This document shows positions 27,657 through 40,604 of a stretch of 64,000 bases of DNA, piece after piece. The DNA comes from Geosiphon pyriformis uo1 (taxonomy: Eukaryota > Fungi > Glomeromycota), in NCBI GenBank assembly GCA_016748015.1, contig JAAOMT010000766.1:24005-88004 (forward strand). The letters run 5' to 3'. How positions within the stretch are numbered: the stretch's first letter is position 1; each line of letters begins with the position of its first letter. The notes beneath the pieces were generated by a model that worked only from the letters and a program-made list of their open reading frames with translations, searched no databases and was not told where the DNA came from. A program made the position numbers and the translations under genes.

Positions 27657-29677
27657 TCAATCTCCAGTTTTGGATGACTCTTGACCTGGAATTTCTAGAT
27701 GTTATCTAAGCTGAGTTTGATAGTAGTGTTGAAATTGGTGATTGTTGATATATTACTTGTGACTGCAGTTGATAAATAACTGGTGCTGCTGGTTGATAGA
27801 ATAGAGCTTAATATACTGGTGGTTAATAAATTGGTGGCTGCATTACTGGTAGGTAATTCAATTAATATATTTCTGGATTGGGTTAATATCTTGGAGTTTG
27901 AAACCAGCAATCAGAGTTTCAATATTGATTTTCCAATCATTAGTTTTCTATCCTTAATTTGCAGTCAATTTTTAAATGTCCTTGTTTACCATAGTAGTGG
28001 CAAATACATGTCTCTTGTTGCCATTGTTGATTGGTAAAGAATGATGGATGCAATTAATTTTGGGAACAATTCGCATTTTTTTGATTATTGCATTATTGTG
28101 GAAGTTAATAAACTGCTTAATTGTTATCTAAGTATCCCTCTAATTTTTGGTTGATAGAATTACTGAATTGTTTCAACTTAGAATCCAATTCAGATGATCT
28201 GTTCATTACTAGATTTATGGCTTGAGCATGATTAGCTTTGAGTTCAGCTGCTTCAAAATCTCTGGCATTTATAACAGCAGCTTGAAGATCTGCTGAATGC
28301 ATTGGACATACGCGTTAGAGAATGTTACTGCACAGGCCTCTAATGAATTGATTTAGGATTTGTGGCACTGTGAAATAATCAGCCTGTATGGCCTGAATTT
28401 AGCACAGATTTCTGTGAAAGCATCCTAAGTAAATAATGACTGCTTTATTTTCTTCTTGTTTGATGGTGGTGAAAGTGTTTGTCAATCAGTTAATGCTATT
28501 ATTATTACTGAAATATTGTAGAAATACAAGCTTGAATGCATTGAAATCTTGGAATTTGTTAACCAAGCTTTGGTACCATGAATTGGCAGTATTCTAGAAA
28601 AAATAAGGAATGGCTTGCATGGCTCTAACGTTATCCCATTTATTGGTTGTAATGGCTTTTTTCATATCATTTAGCCATACTTGGGTGTTATTTTTTTTGC
28701 CAGTAAACTTTTTGAGTTTTGCTATTGGAGTGTAAGCCATTTAATTCAAGTTTAGTTGCTGTGATGGTTGAAATAGTAATTGAATTTGGGGTTGTGACAG
28801 TGGCTGTTGTTGTGGAACAACTGGTGATGGGTTGATAATAATTACTGGAAGTAAGTATTATTGATTATTAATATTAGGGTTTCGATTGTTTTGATTTTTT
28901 TGTTTTTGAAAATTTGGAGTTTCAACTTCCAGATTTTTTAAATTTGGATCTTGCTGAGTCTGAAAGTTCAGGGTTTCAATGTTTGGATTTTCTGGAATTG
29001 GGTTTTGGTAAGTAAATTCTTGATCTTCAGCTTTTTTTTCTTTTTTTTCTTTTGATTCTGTTACCTCTCATGAATCAGCTGTTCCAAAGTCTGGTTGAAA
29101 TGGCAGTAATCAGTATCCTAATAGGGTAGTTGATTGTGATTTAAATCCTTCAAAATAATTGCCATAGGTCTTTAATAACTCTGCTTTTTTTTGTTTACTT
29201 TGAAATAGGAGTTGGCCAAATGTTAATGTCGCATTTGATGTAGACATGCCTATTAATATTATGTTGATGATACTTCCAGGTGTATAGTAGTAGGATAGGT
29301 TGTTTGGTAACTCAACTTTGGTTTTCTTCCAAGTAGGTGGTTGTATTCTTTGGAATGTGGCTGCTGGTGTTTGCAGTTTTCCTTTTCCTTTACTGGTATA
29401 TGTAATTGGGTATCTTTGTTGAGTGTGATATTCAATTTTTTTATTGATTTCTGTGATGATGAATGTGAAATTATGGTTTGTTAATAGGCTAGTGTTTTAA
29501 ATTAATTTGTTGTAAAAGGTTTCTTTTGCTAATTCAATATTTACTGGTGTCTCTAACAGATAGACAATTCTCTCATTAACATAGAAATTAAAGGCTGATT
29601 CCACTAATATGTGATTGTGGTTTAATTTCAAATGTTGACAGTAGTGTTGAAATAAGGATTTCGCAAATTCTAAATGG
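27657..29677 (-). pseudogene. Gag region of element B
   Basis: MAYTPIAKLKKFTG..., ARDFEAAEL..NHAQAINLVMN, CCHC knuckle; continues at 39643. Confidence 0.8.
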
Positions 29678-30309
29678 TGTTATAGGTAATTTCTTGGTTG
29701 TTGGAGTAAATAACAAACCCATAACTTGGTGCTTAAGGCTGTTGTCAATGATAGAAATCTGAAGGTGTGTTTATCTGAAGATGTGTTATCTGAAAGTTTT
29801 GTTGTGGAGTTTTTTGTATAATGAACAGAAATTTAGTGGTAATAGTTTTATTTGTAGCTTCCCAAAATCGCAGTTTCATCAATTTTTTTCTCAGCATGAT
29901 GGCCAGTGTTTCTTCTGGTAAGCTATCTATTAATATATATAATTCTACCCTTATTTCTGGGTCTTTTACCAGATGCTATATCCTAATGTCAGTACCCTGC
30001 ATGTGAATCCTCAATAGAGTTAGTAATAACAACAATTAAGACAAAAAAATCAAAGAAATAACATAAAGAAATGAGCCAAGGCAATATGCAAATTAGGATC
30101 TGTCAATAGCTGTGATCAAGAGCTATTGTTCCAGTGTAGTTAAGTATTAATTGCTATCAACATAGAGTGTTGATAGTGAAGAGTGGATTTAGATGGTAAA
30201 TAATTTATTTGTTCAATATTTGTGAATGAAAGATTTCTAACTAATAGATTCTGCTTTTTCTACTTCTAATGCTACCACTATATATACATCATTAATGTTC
30301 TACAAGATC

Positions 30310-30465
30310 GCTCACATTTCCAAGTGATGTGCTATAATTTCTTGAGCAATGCTCACATTGCTGAGTGATGTGCTCTAATTTTCTAATATTGCTCCACATT
30401 GCTGAGCAATGTACCATGTTTTCTGACATTGCTCCACATTGCTGAGCAATATGCTCACATGCTAA
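30310..30465 (-). repeat. U3 tandem array with palindromic CACATTGCT-G-AGCAATGTG core (40-bp unit)
   Basis: Two 40-bp units plus partial copies here; three units in the 5' LTR at ~39455-39575. Confidence 0.8.
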
Positions 30466-30537
30466 ATACTATTCTCTTATTGGTCTGCTATTTTCTATGT
30501 CTGTTTTCTTTTTATAAGTACCATTATCTTCTTCTTT

Positions 30538-31172
30538 TAATATTGAGCTCCGTCAAAATCTTTGTTTTGAATTAATTTTAATATTTTTTTTTCAAGTATT
30601 GTTTGTTTGACTCTGTTTTTCACATCTTCTACTTGTGTATTGTTTATTCTTTTCCATTGGTTAATGGTTATGGTTTCCATGTCAGAGTGTAACAATATTT
30701 CTGGATAATTTTGAAATATGTTGTATAGTTAGTATATTGTTTTAACATGTAGTGTTGAATTAGTTTTCTTTCCGATAAATTTTTCAATTTGTTGTATTAT
30801 GTCTTGGTTGAATATTCTCTTGGATTTGTTAATATACAACTTCTGAATATTCAACTTTCGACCTAACTGATAGTAGCAATATAATATTGGAAGTTGTTCT
30901 GTTCATTGCTTCTAATTTTTTTTTGTAAGTTCTTCTGTTGGTGCCATAATAAGTATTTTCCCAAAAGTGTTCTTCACTTTTTCTATTAAGTTATCTGTCC
31001 AGTTTTTATTATTTTTTGGTGGCTGCTAATATGGTGTATTTTTTGTCTTTCTTTTTGTGTTTCGATAGCAAATTGTTTGATTGTTGATAACAATTTCCAT
31101 ATCTAACTGTTGTTGACTTAATGTCTAGAACAGTTGTTAAGCTATGGTGTGAATGTGATCTGGTATTTCCAT
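30538..31172 (-). pseudogene. ORF3 of element D (divergent homologue)
   Basis: MEIPDHIHTIA.QLF...YCYYQLGRKLNIQKLY...IYxLYNIFQNYPEILL...ITINQWKRINNTQ. Confidence 0.65.
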
Positions 31173-31227
31173 TTTTCTTGGTTGCTTTTGTCACGTGTAT
31201 TGTGTTTTTATATCCTCTTTTGGTTGT

Positions 31228-32610
31228 TCAATTCAATGTGTTTGGTTCAATAACTATGATTGGTTCCAAATCTTGTAGAATCTCATCTGGTTGAACTATT
31301 ATTTTTTGTACTCCCAACTGTGGAATGGTATTGGTAGATGATAATGCTATCTGGTGATATGGTTTTAGTCAATCACCATGTGCTGCTTTGGCTAAAATTT
31401 TGTTGTCCCATCTTAATTTATAAGCTCCATTTCCTAGAATTTTTTCTATGTGAAATGGTCCGTCCCATTTGGGGTTAAATTTTCCACTCTATTGTTTTTC
31501 TGCTTTGGTACAATGTAATAGTACTTTGTTTCCAATCTTGAATTCCACTAGTTTATTTGATAGTTGGTTATCATGTCATTTTTTTTGCTTTTCTTGTGCC
31601 TTTTGGATATTATCAGCTGTTTTCTGTCGTCTGTTTTCTAGTGTTTTCATTAAGTCATATGTTTTTTTCAACAATGTTTCTTGGAAATTATCTTCTGTTA
31701 TTGGTTCAGCTGGATATGTATTGATCTCTATCTCAACTGGTAATGTTGCTGTTTTACCATATACCAATTCAAATGGTATTGTTTGTGTAGTATCTTGCTT
31801 TATTGTTCAATAAGCAAATAATACTGATAGTATAAACAAATCCCATTTGTCCTGATTTTTTTGGCTGATTTTGGCAATTGTTTTATACAGTGTTCTATTA
31901 AATCTTTCAACTAAGCCATTCATTTGTGGATGATATAGTGATGATAATGGTCTTTTTATTCCAAATCTCTGGCTTAATTTTGCTAATGTTCTGTTCACAA
32001 AGTGAGTTTTTTGATCTGATAGTAGTTTTTTTGGACATCTATGTTGACAAATCAAATCTTAATGAACGAATTTGGCAATGGATTTTGCATCTGCTCTTTG
32101 AATGGCTTTTGCTTCTGGCCATTTTGTGAGATAGTCTATGGCTACTGCAATGTATCTGTTGTCTCTGCTGGTGATTATTAATGATCTAACTAAGTCAATT
32201 CTGATACAGTCAAATGGTTGTTTCACTTTAATTGGTCTTAATGGTTTACTGGGTTTTGTTTCACCTCTTCTCTAACAAACATCACAATTCTGAACATATT
32301 AAATGATATCTGAATACATTGATGACCAATAATATCTTTTTCTTGTTCTTTTCATAGTTGCTTCTTTATGAAAATGTCCTGCTGTTGGATTTGAATGCAT
32401 GTTGAATAATATTGTCTCTTTTTTTGGTTCTGTAACAACTCTTATTGGTTAATCTGAATTTTTTCTGTTTTTTTAGTAAAATATATCTTTATAATTAATA
32501 AAATGTTTTGATTGTTGTTTAATATTATTTCACTCAATTTGTGATAATTTTTCCTTGAACTGTTGAGTATTTATATAATGTTGTAATTGTTGATATTTTT
32601 GTATGTTCAT
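31228..32610 (-). pseudogene. Integrase ORF of element D
   Basis: MNIQKY start; LLSDQ, YHPQMNGLVERFNRTL, KWDGPFHIE motifs. Confidence 0.85.
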
Positions 32611-34084
32611 CTTTTGTTATATTTTTGTGTTGAAATGTTTTAGATTTGTCTCATTCATGACAAACCATCAGTATTTCCATTGTCTTTTTTCTTTTTATAA
32701 TGTATAGTGTAAGTATATGATGATAGTGCCATTTTCTATCTTGATTGTCTTCCATCTCCAAATTTCTGTTTATGAATTGCTGTTAATCTTTTGTGATCTG
32801 TGTATACATCAAACTTCTGGCTCAAGTATTTGCTCCATTTTATGACTGCCCAATAAATTGCTAAGTGTTCTAATTCTGGTGTTCCATAATTTCTTTCAGC
32901 TGGAGTTAAACCTTAGCTGGCATATGTGACTGGATGTTCTCTTCCATCTGGTCCTCTCTGTGATAGTACTGCTCCCAATGCTTGGCCTGATATATCAGTG
33001 GTAATAATGAATAGTTTATTGTAATTTGGATAGATCAGTACTGGAGCTTGTATAAGCTTTCATCTTAGAATATCAAAAGCTTCTTGTTGTGCTTCTGTCC
33101 ATTTGTATTTCACATTCTTGATTTGGAGATGATTGAGTGATTGGGCTATCTTGGAAAAGTTTTTGATGAAGTGTTAATAATAGCCTGCAAATCCCAAGAA
33201 TGACTTTAACTCTGTCATATTGGTTGGTACTGGAAAGTTCTTGACTATCTCTATCTTTTCTGGATCTGTTTTAATGCCGTCTTTGCTTACTATGTGCTCT
33301 AAAAAGTTTAATTCTGTCTTGCCAAAGAAGCACTTATTGGCATTTAACTTTAGCTTTGCTTGTCATAGCCTTTCAAACACTTGTTGTAGATGATGCAAAT
33401 GATCATTGAATGTTTTGGAGAACACATTGGTGTTGTCTAAATAAATGACTACTGATTTCCACAACAAGCCAGTATATACTATTTTTATTAGCCATTGGAA
33501 TGTGACTGGTGCATTTGTTAAGCTGAATGATATTACTTCAAATTCAAAATTTCCTTCCCATGTTGTGAATGCAGTCTTTTCTTTGTTCATTGGATTCATG
33601 GCTACTTGCCAATAACTATTATCTAAATCCAATATTAAGAACTATTTGTTTCCCCCAAAAGCATCAAATAATTCCTAAATTCATGGAGTTGGATAGCTGT
33701 TTTCATACGTGACTCTATTAAAGCTTCCTGTAGTCCATGCAAAAATGAATTTTCCTATTCTTTTTCCAGACAAGTACTACTGGTGATGACCATAAGCTTA
33801 TTGATAACTGAATTAACCTGTTGTCAAGCATCTGGTTGATTTCTTGACAAATGATCTCATGGCTAACAGGTGGTATTCTGTATGCTTGTTGTTTTATTGG
33901 CATAGCATCTCCAGTTTTGATTTGGTGTTGGATAATATCAGTTCTGCCGAATTCATTCTCACTGATGAAGATGTCATTGAACTTATTAAGCAACATCTTC
34001 AGCTGCATAAATTGGAGTGGGTCTAGATTTCCCATGTTCATTTGTTCTAATTGTTCTGGTTGAAGCAAATAACATTCATTTTAT

Positions 34085-34894
34085 CTATATATCCATAAAG
34101 CTGTGGAAAGTCTGGAACGGGGTTTGGTCTATTTTAGTAGTTGAATGTCCTATGATGGTTCCTTCTGGTATCTCTATAATCTTTCCAGTGTTGTTGTAAA
34201 TGGGAATTTTGATGTGGCTATAGTTTTTGGTTGGTATGTGAAGATTAATGAGTTCAATTTCTCCTAATTCACAACATGCTGCTTCTGCTTCAAAAATCTG
34301 GTTCTGATCCTTCACTTTCTTTTCTATGACTACCATATACTGGTCATATGGTGGAATGGAAATTAGTTGACCAGTGGAAATAATTTCTCTCTTGTCAATA
34401 ATCTCTTCTTCCACCATATTAACTGGTATATCTACTCTACCCATTGATCCAAATCCCTGTATCCCTCTAGCTGTGATCCCTAATTCTTCCTTGTTTCTCA
34501 TTGACACTAACTGAGCTATTTTGACCAGAAACAGGAATATTGCCTGTACTATCTTTTCATTTGGCTCTATTACATAGGCCTTTTCTGAATTGTTTTGTAG
34601 CATAGCAATGATATTTCTCACATATTCTGCATCAATTATTCTTCCTTTGATGTTGATTCCTCTTTTTGCTAAACTACTCCTAGATGCTAGTTGAATTATT
34701 GTGGTTGCTAAAATTTCCAGTGATATTTTTAAATCAATGCAAATGTGTGAATGTGGTTCCAATTTAATGGCATTTTTTCCAGAATATCTTAGATCAAACC
34801 CTGCATCAGTATCATGCACACACTCTGGCATGATACCTTCATTATTGTCACTGTACCATTTTAGTTCCTGCTCCTTGGTGAGGTCAGGGAGCAC
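34085..34894 (-). CDS. dUTPase-containing segment of the element D polyprotein (longest uninterrupted copy)
   Basis: Trimeric dUTPase motifs AGFDL, SRSS, GRIIDAEYVRNI, EKIVQ, RGIQGFGSMG. Confidence 0.85.
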   Translation of the reverse strand: MLPDLTKEQELKWYSDNNEGIMPECVHDTDAGFDLRYSGKNAIKLEPHSHICIDLKISLEILATTIIQLASRSSLAKRGINIKGRIIDAEYVRNIIAMLQNNSEKAYVIEPNEKIVQAIFLFLVKIAQLVSMRNKEELGITARGIQGFGSMGRVDIPVNMVEEEIIDKREIISTGQLISIPPYDQYMVVIEKKVKDQNQIFEAEAACCELGEIELINLHIPTKNYSHIKIPIYNNTGKIIEIPEGTIIGHSTTKIDQTPFQTFHSFMDI

Positions 34895-37800
34895 GATATA
34901 TTGTTCGTAGTTTGAATTGGGGTTTAAATCTGTATTGGAATTATTGTCATTGTTATTGCTATTTTAAACAGAGCTGAAATCATTATTTTTGTCGTCATCA
35001 TTATTAGGGTTTGAATCAGGATTGAAAATTGATTCTGATTCTAATGTGCAGCTGCTGATTGGTTTTTTTTCTTCTAAGATTGTGTAAATCATGTGGATTG
35101 GTGAGTTGTAAATAAGGTCACACTTATTACAATATTGAAAGTTACATGGAATTAAACAGTGGTTACATAGTCGAGTGTTTAGCTGTACTAGCCACTGCTC
35201 CTGCTCTTCTTTTGTGAGTGCCAAGTTTTGGTAATACTCATGGAAGTCTTCTAGATTGGTTTTTATGTCAAGAAAAATGTCTGGATTTGGAATAAGAATG
35301 ATGTCAACCTGTTTAGGTGAGTTGTTTTTAATTTCCAGAATTTCACTGGGCATGGCTCTTTGGACTTTGACATTTGCCATTTGCCAGATCTTGTTCTCAT
35401 CATGTAGGTAGCCATCCAATCAGTTAATTGCTCTATGTCAAGCTGCTGTTATGAGCATGTTATGACTCACCCCGTCACTGATGAGAATCATGTACTGGCA
35501 TGAAGTACCACATATTCCTTCTTGACCAGGAATGTTGTTTCACATCCCTTTATCAAGTAGCTGTTTGCCACAAGTGAGACATGATTTGTTGTTCCACTTG
35601 CCTTGGTGCTTTGGATATCTATAGCATTTGTGATAGCATGGTTTGCAGTAATAATGTGTTTGCATTCAGTGGTTTTCATCTGGTGTGATCCATGCTCCCA
35701 TGAATGAGAGTTTCTTTTCACAGTCTTTGTATTTAAGTAAAATAAATGATGGCTGTAATAGTGGCTGGCAAACAGAGTATAAATTTGTCTATTCTTTGGT
35801 TGTGTTTTCTATTGGTTTGATTTCTTTAGGTACATTTTTTTCTTTTTCCTTCCCTTTCCCTTTTTCCTTCCAGCTTATTGTTGGTAGCAACTCACTTTGG
35901 TTGTTGTCAGTTCAAGCTTTGATGGTGGTTCCCCAAATATGTTCTTCTCTTTGTTTTCTTTTTTCATTATTATTGTCATCTCAAAAGAGTATTGGCAGTA
36001 GTTTGTTGTAGTCATTGTCAGCCCACAAGGCTTGATAGGCTTCTCAGGTAGGTTTTTCCTCTTCTTCCTCAAACTTGATGAGTGGTGCTGGTGTGTTGAT
36101 GGTCTTAAAGTGGCCACACATGGCTGGTACACATGTATGTTGGTCATTTTGGCTAAGTTGGAGCTCTTGCATTGTTCAATCAAGGATGGTGTTTGTCTTA
36201 GTGAGCCAGTCATTACCAACTAGTGCTTGGTATTGAGTGGCTTTCATTACCAGAACTTTGATAGGGACTATGATGTCATTGACTTCAAAAAGAAAGTCGT
36301 CAATCTCATCAATAGGAGTTTTGGTTGCTCCATTAGCTGTGATGATTCTTGTGCTGACAGCTCTGTCAACTCGGTGACCTAATTGATTCATGAGTTATCT
36401 GGTGATGATGTTGCCAGCTGATCCACTATTCAGGATTAGTTTGATATACTGACCATCGACTTTGGCATCAGTATACATTGTGGTTATTGGTTTGGTGTCC
36501 AGAACAGCTCCACTAAATAATAGAACTGATGTAATTTCCTCAAGTTCAAATGGAAATATGGCAGCAAGTGATTTGTCTTTGGTGCTGGCAGCTGGTGAAA
36601 TATTACAAGTAAGTGGTTTCTGGTTGGTTTCCTGTTTGCTAGATGCCATGTCTTTTGGGATAACCAAAAGACTTAAGTAGTTTTGGGAACTCAGGTTTTG
36701 GTTATATCCAGTTTCTAAACTCTGCTGGCATGATCCTGATGGTTGATTTGTTGAACTGGGGATTGGTTGGTGAACCACTATTGCCAATCTTCAGTTTTGG
36801 GTTACTTTGGATCTGGGGTTTTCGGATGTTATTATAGCTGGGTTTTGTAATAGTATTTGAATTGATTGTTGTGGTTGATAGACTATTTGTGGCTGTGGTT
36901 GATATATTATGGATGGCTGTGGTTGATATATTTGAGGTTGATATACCGATGTTTGATAGATTGGTAGTGGCGTCATTGGCAGGTAAGTAGATTGATATTG
37001 ATTTTGATTTGAATAATGATTCAGAATTAGGAACTGACAATTGGGATTCCAATATTGATTTCCTGATCATGAATTACTATAAGCATGGCAATCAGCTCTA
37101 AGATAACTTTGTTTACTACAGTTGTGGCAAATTCGTGTTTTTTGTTGTCACAGCTGATTTGTTGATAATAATAGATGCGATTAACTTTGGAAATGATTCA
37201 TGTTTCCCTGATTATTAAGTCATTGAGAAGGCTGATAAATTGGGTGATTGTCAGCTAAGTATCCCTCTAATTTCTGATTAATGAAATCACTAAATTGTTT
37301 CAGTTTATAATCCAAATTAGATGATCCATTCATTACTAAATTCACAGCTTGAACATGGTTGGCTTCTAATTTAGCAGCTTCAAAATCTCTAACATGAGTG
37401 ACTGCAGTAGGAAGGTCTACTGGATGCATTGAACATACTCATTGGAGTATGCTGCTGCATAAGTCTCTGATGAACTGATTTAAGATTTGTGGCACTGTAA
37501 AGTAATCAGCTTGAATAGCTTAGATTTAGTGCAGATTTCTGTAAAAGCATCCCAAGTAGGTGGTGACTGCTTCTGTATTCCCTTGTTTTAGGGTGGTAAA
37601 ACTACTTGCCAGGCAGTTGATGCTGTTATTATCACTAAAATATCTTAGGAATTCTGTTTTAAATACATTAAAATTTTGGGGATAATTTGTATTGTTCTTG
37701 TATCATTCCAATTGTTTGCAGTAATGGCTTTGGCGACATTATTGATCCATGTCTGGGTGTCATTCTCTTCACTGGTAAACTTCTCAAGTTTTGCGATTGG

Positions 37801-39714
37801 TGCGATCAGTTGCTGTTGTTGTATTGGTGGTTGAAATGGTTGTTGCGGTTGCTGAACTGGTTGCTAGATAAGTTGCTGTAGTGGTGGCTATTAAAGGGGT
37901 ATTTGCTGCTGTTGAATTGGTTTGATAATCGGTTCAATTGGTGGCTAATTGATGACAATATTTGGAGGTAAGTTTTGTTGATTAATTAAGTCAGGATTTC
38001 GGTCATTCTGATTTGGTAGAGTTTTGATTTCTGGATTTTCTAGATTTTGATCTTGCTAAGTCTGAAAATTTGGGGTTTCTATATCCAAGTTCTTAGTAAT
38101 TGGGTTCTGATAAGTGAATTCTTGATCTTCAGATTTTTCTTCCTCTTCTTCTTCTTGTTTTTTTTCTGATTTAGTTGATTCCCACAGATCAGTAATTCTG
38201 AAGTCTGGTTGAGGTAGTAGTGATCAAACTCCTGATGGCATTGGTAATCTCAATTTGAATCCTTCGAAGTACACGCCATATAGTCCTAATAGATTTTTTT
38301 TTCTTTGTTTACTTTGGAATAGAAATTGTCCAAATATTGATGTTGCATTTAATGTAGACACACCTGCTAATGCAATATTAATGGTGCTTTCAGGAGTATA
38401 ATGTTATGATGGATTTGTAGGTGATTCAATTCTGTGTTTTTTCCAAGTGGGTGGTTGGATCTGTTAAGGTGTTATTGCCAGTGTTTGTAATTTATTTTTG
38501 CCTTTACTGGCATAAGTGATTGGGTATCTTTGTTGTGTGTGATGTTCAATTTCTTTATTAATCTTAGTGATGATAGATGCGAAATTATAATTTGTTAGTA
38601 GGCTGGTATTTTGGATTAATTTATGGTAAAAAGTTTCTCTTGCTGATTTAGTGTTTACTGGTGTTCCTAACAAATAGGCAATTTTTTTATTAACATAGAA
38701 ATTGAAGACTGATTCTGCTGATATCTGATTGTGGTTCAATCCCAAGTGTTGACAGTAGTGTTGAAATAAAAATTTCGCAAATCCTAAATGATTTGCTCCT
38801 ATACTTTTTGATTCTGCCACTGTTGATGATAGAAATCTGAAGGTGTGTTTATCTGAAGATGTGTTATCTGAAGGTTTTGTTGTGGAGTTTTTTGTATAAT
38901 GGACAGAGATTCAGTGGTAATAGTTTTATCCATAGCTTCCCAAAACCACAGTTTCATTAATTTTTTTCTCAGCGTAATGGCCAGTGTTTCTCCTGGTAAG
39001 CTATCCATTAATATATATAATTCTACCCTTATTTCTGGGTCTTTTACCAGTGCTATATCCTGATGTCAGTACCCCGTGCATGAATCCTCAATAGAGTTAG
39101 TAATAACAACAATTAAGACAAGAAAATTAAAAAAATAACATAAAAAAATGAGCCAAGGCAATGTGCAAGTTAGGATCCATCAATAGCCATGATCAAGAGA
39201 TTGTTCCAGTGTGGTTAAGTATCAATTGCTATCAACATAGAGTGTTGATAGTGAAGAGTGGATTTGGATGGTAAATAATTTATTTATTCAATATTTGTGA
39301 ATAGAAGATTTTTAACTAATGAATTCTGCTTTTTCTACTTCTAACACTACTGCTATATATATATCATTAATGTTTTACAAGATTGCTCATATTTCCGAGT
39401 GATGTGCTATAATTTTTTGAGCAATGCTCATATTGCTGAGCAATATGCTCTAATTTTTTAACATTGCTTCACATTGCTAAACAATATGCCATGTTTTCTG
39501 ATATTGCTCCACATTGCTAAACAATGTGCCATGATTTCTGACATTGCTCCACATTGTTGAGCAATGTGCTCACGTGTTAAATACTATTTTCTCATTGGTC
39601 TCCTATTTTCTATGTCTGTTTTCTTTTTATGAGTAACAATGGTTTGCTTCTATTCTTTCTGATTCTGCCACTTTTGGATGGGTGTAATTGGTGCTGGTTT
39701 TCTGTAAGATTATA

Positions 39715-39731
39715 CCTCACAGGAAGCACCA
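39715..39731 (-). other. Primer-binding site of element B
   Basis: Minus strand TGGTGCTTCCTGTGAGG, 2 nt after the LTR end; complementary to a tRNA 3' end CCUCACAGGAAGCACCA. Confidence 0.8.
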
Positions 39732-39733
39732 AA

Positions 39734-40604
39734 TGTTATTGGTGATTATTTGGGGTTTTAAATTAAATAATAAAACCTGTAACTTGGTGCTCAGAAGTTA
39801 TTTGTAATAATAGTGTTGGTAATTTGAAGGTTGTTTGTATCTGAAGGTTTAGGTTGAGTTCTTTGTATAATAGACAGAAATTTAATAGTTGTTTCAGTAG
39901 TCTCCCGGAATTGCAATTCCATCAAATTTTTTTCTCAGCATGGTGGCTGGTAATCCTCTTGGTAAGTTATTCTCAAATTTATGAGTGTTCTATCTTTGTT
40001 TTATGGGTTTTTTACCAGTCCCTATAATGTCTGTAACTTAGTACTTTAATTCTTAATCAATTAGTCAACCAAAAAAAATAAAAAAAAAATAAAAAAAAAT
40101 AAAAAAAAATAAAGAATTTAAACAAAAGCAATTGTAAGTTAGTATTCTGTCAATAGCTGTAATCAAGAGCTATTGTTCCAGTGTAGTTAAGTATCAATTA
40201 CTATTAACATGAAGTGTTGATAGTAGAGAATGAATTGAAGATAAAAAATAATTATTTATTGATTTTTGTGAATAGAAGATTGCTTAGAACAAATTTAAAC
40301 TGAGAGATCTCTAACTGAAAGATTCTGTCTTTTCTACTCCTAGCACTACTGTTATATATGCATAATTGAGATTCTTCAATTTCTCAATTCTTCTTATCAG
40401 GAATTCTGGAATTCTTGGAATTCTGCAATTTCTTTGAGAGGAATCCTGGAATTCTGGAATCCTGCAATTTCTTATATAAGAATCCTGAAATTCCTAGAAT
40501 CTTGCAATTCTTCTGAAAAAAATTCTGGAATTCCACATCTACTGTGCCTACTTCTGATTGGCTAATTTATATGCTAATATATTTTCTATATTTTATAAGT
40601 AACA
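39734..40604 (-). repeat. 5' LTR of element B
   Basis: TGTTA...GTAACA termini; adjacent to the PBS; TSD CAGT outside. Confidence 0.9.

Larger units (their letters stand above)
29678..39638 (-). mobile_element. Near full-length Ty3/Gypsy element D (second LTR subfamily), nested in the gag 5' end of B
   Basis: 3' LTR 29678-30523, 5' LTR ~38821-39638 (U5 end and PBS deleted), TSD ATGG on both sides. Confidence 0.9.
19762..40604 (-). mobile_element. Full-length Ty3/Gypsy element B (interrupted by C and D)
   Basis: 3' LTR 19762-20536, 5' LTR 39734-40604, TSD CAGT on both sides, PBS at 39715-39731; internal Gag-PR-dUTPase-RT-RH, IN, ORF3. Confidence 0.9.

Noticed and set aside
30310-30465. Palindromic 40-bp repeats resembling a CRISPR array
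   Set aside because: No unique spacers, located inside LTR U3, eukaryotic context, no cas genes.
38799-39008. LTR-encoded peptide (MDSLPGETL...)
   Set aside because: Frame is not conserved among LTR copies; others give a short MLRKKFDG.. frame or stops.
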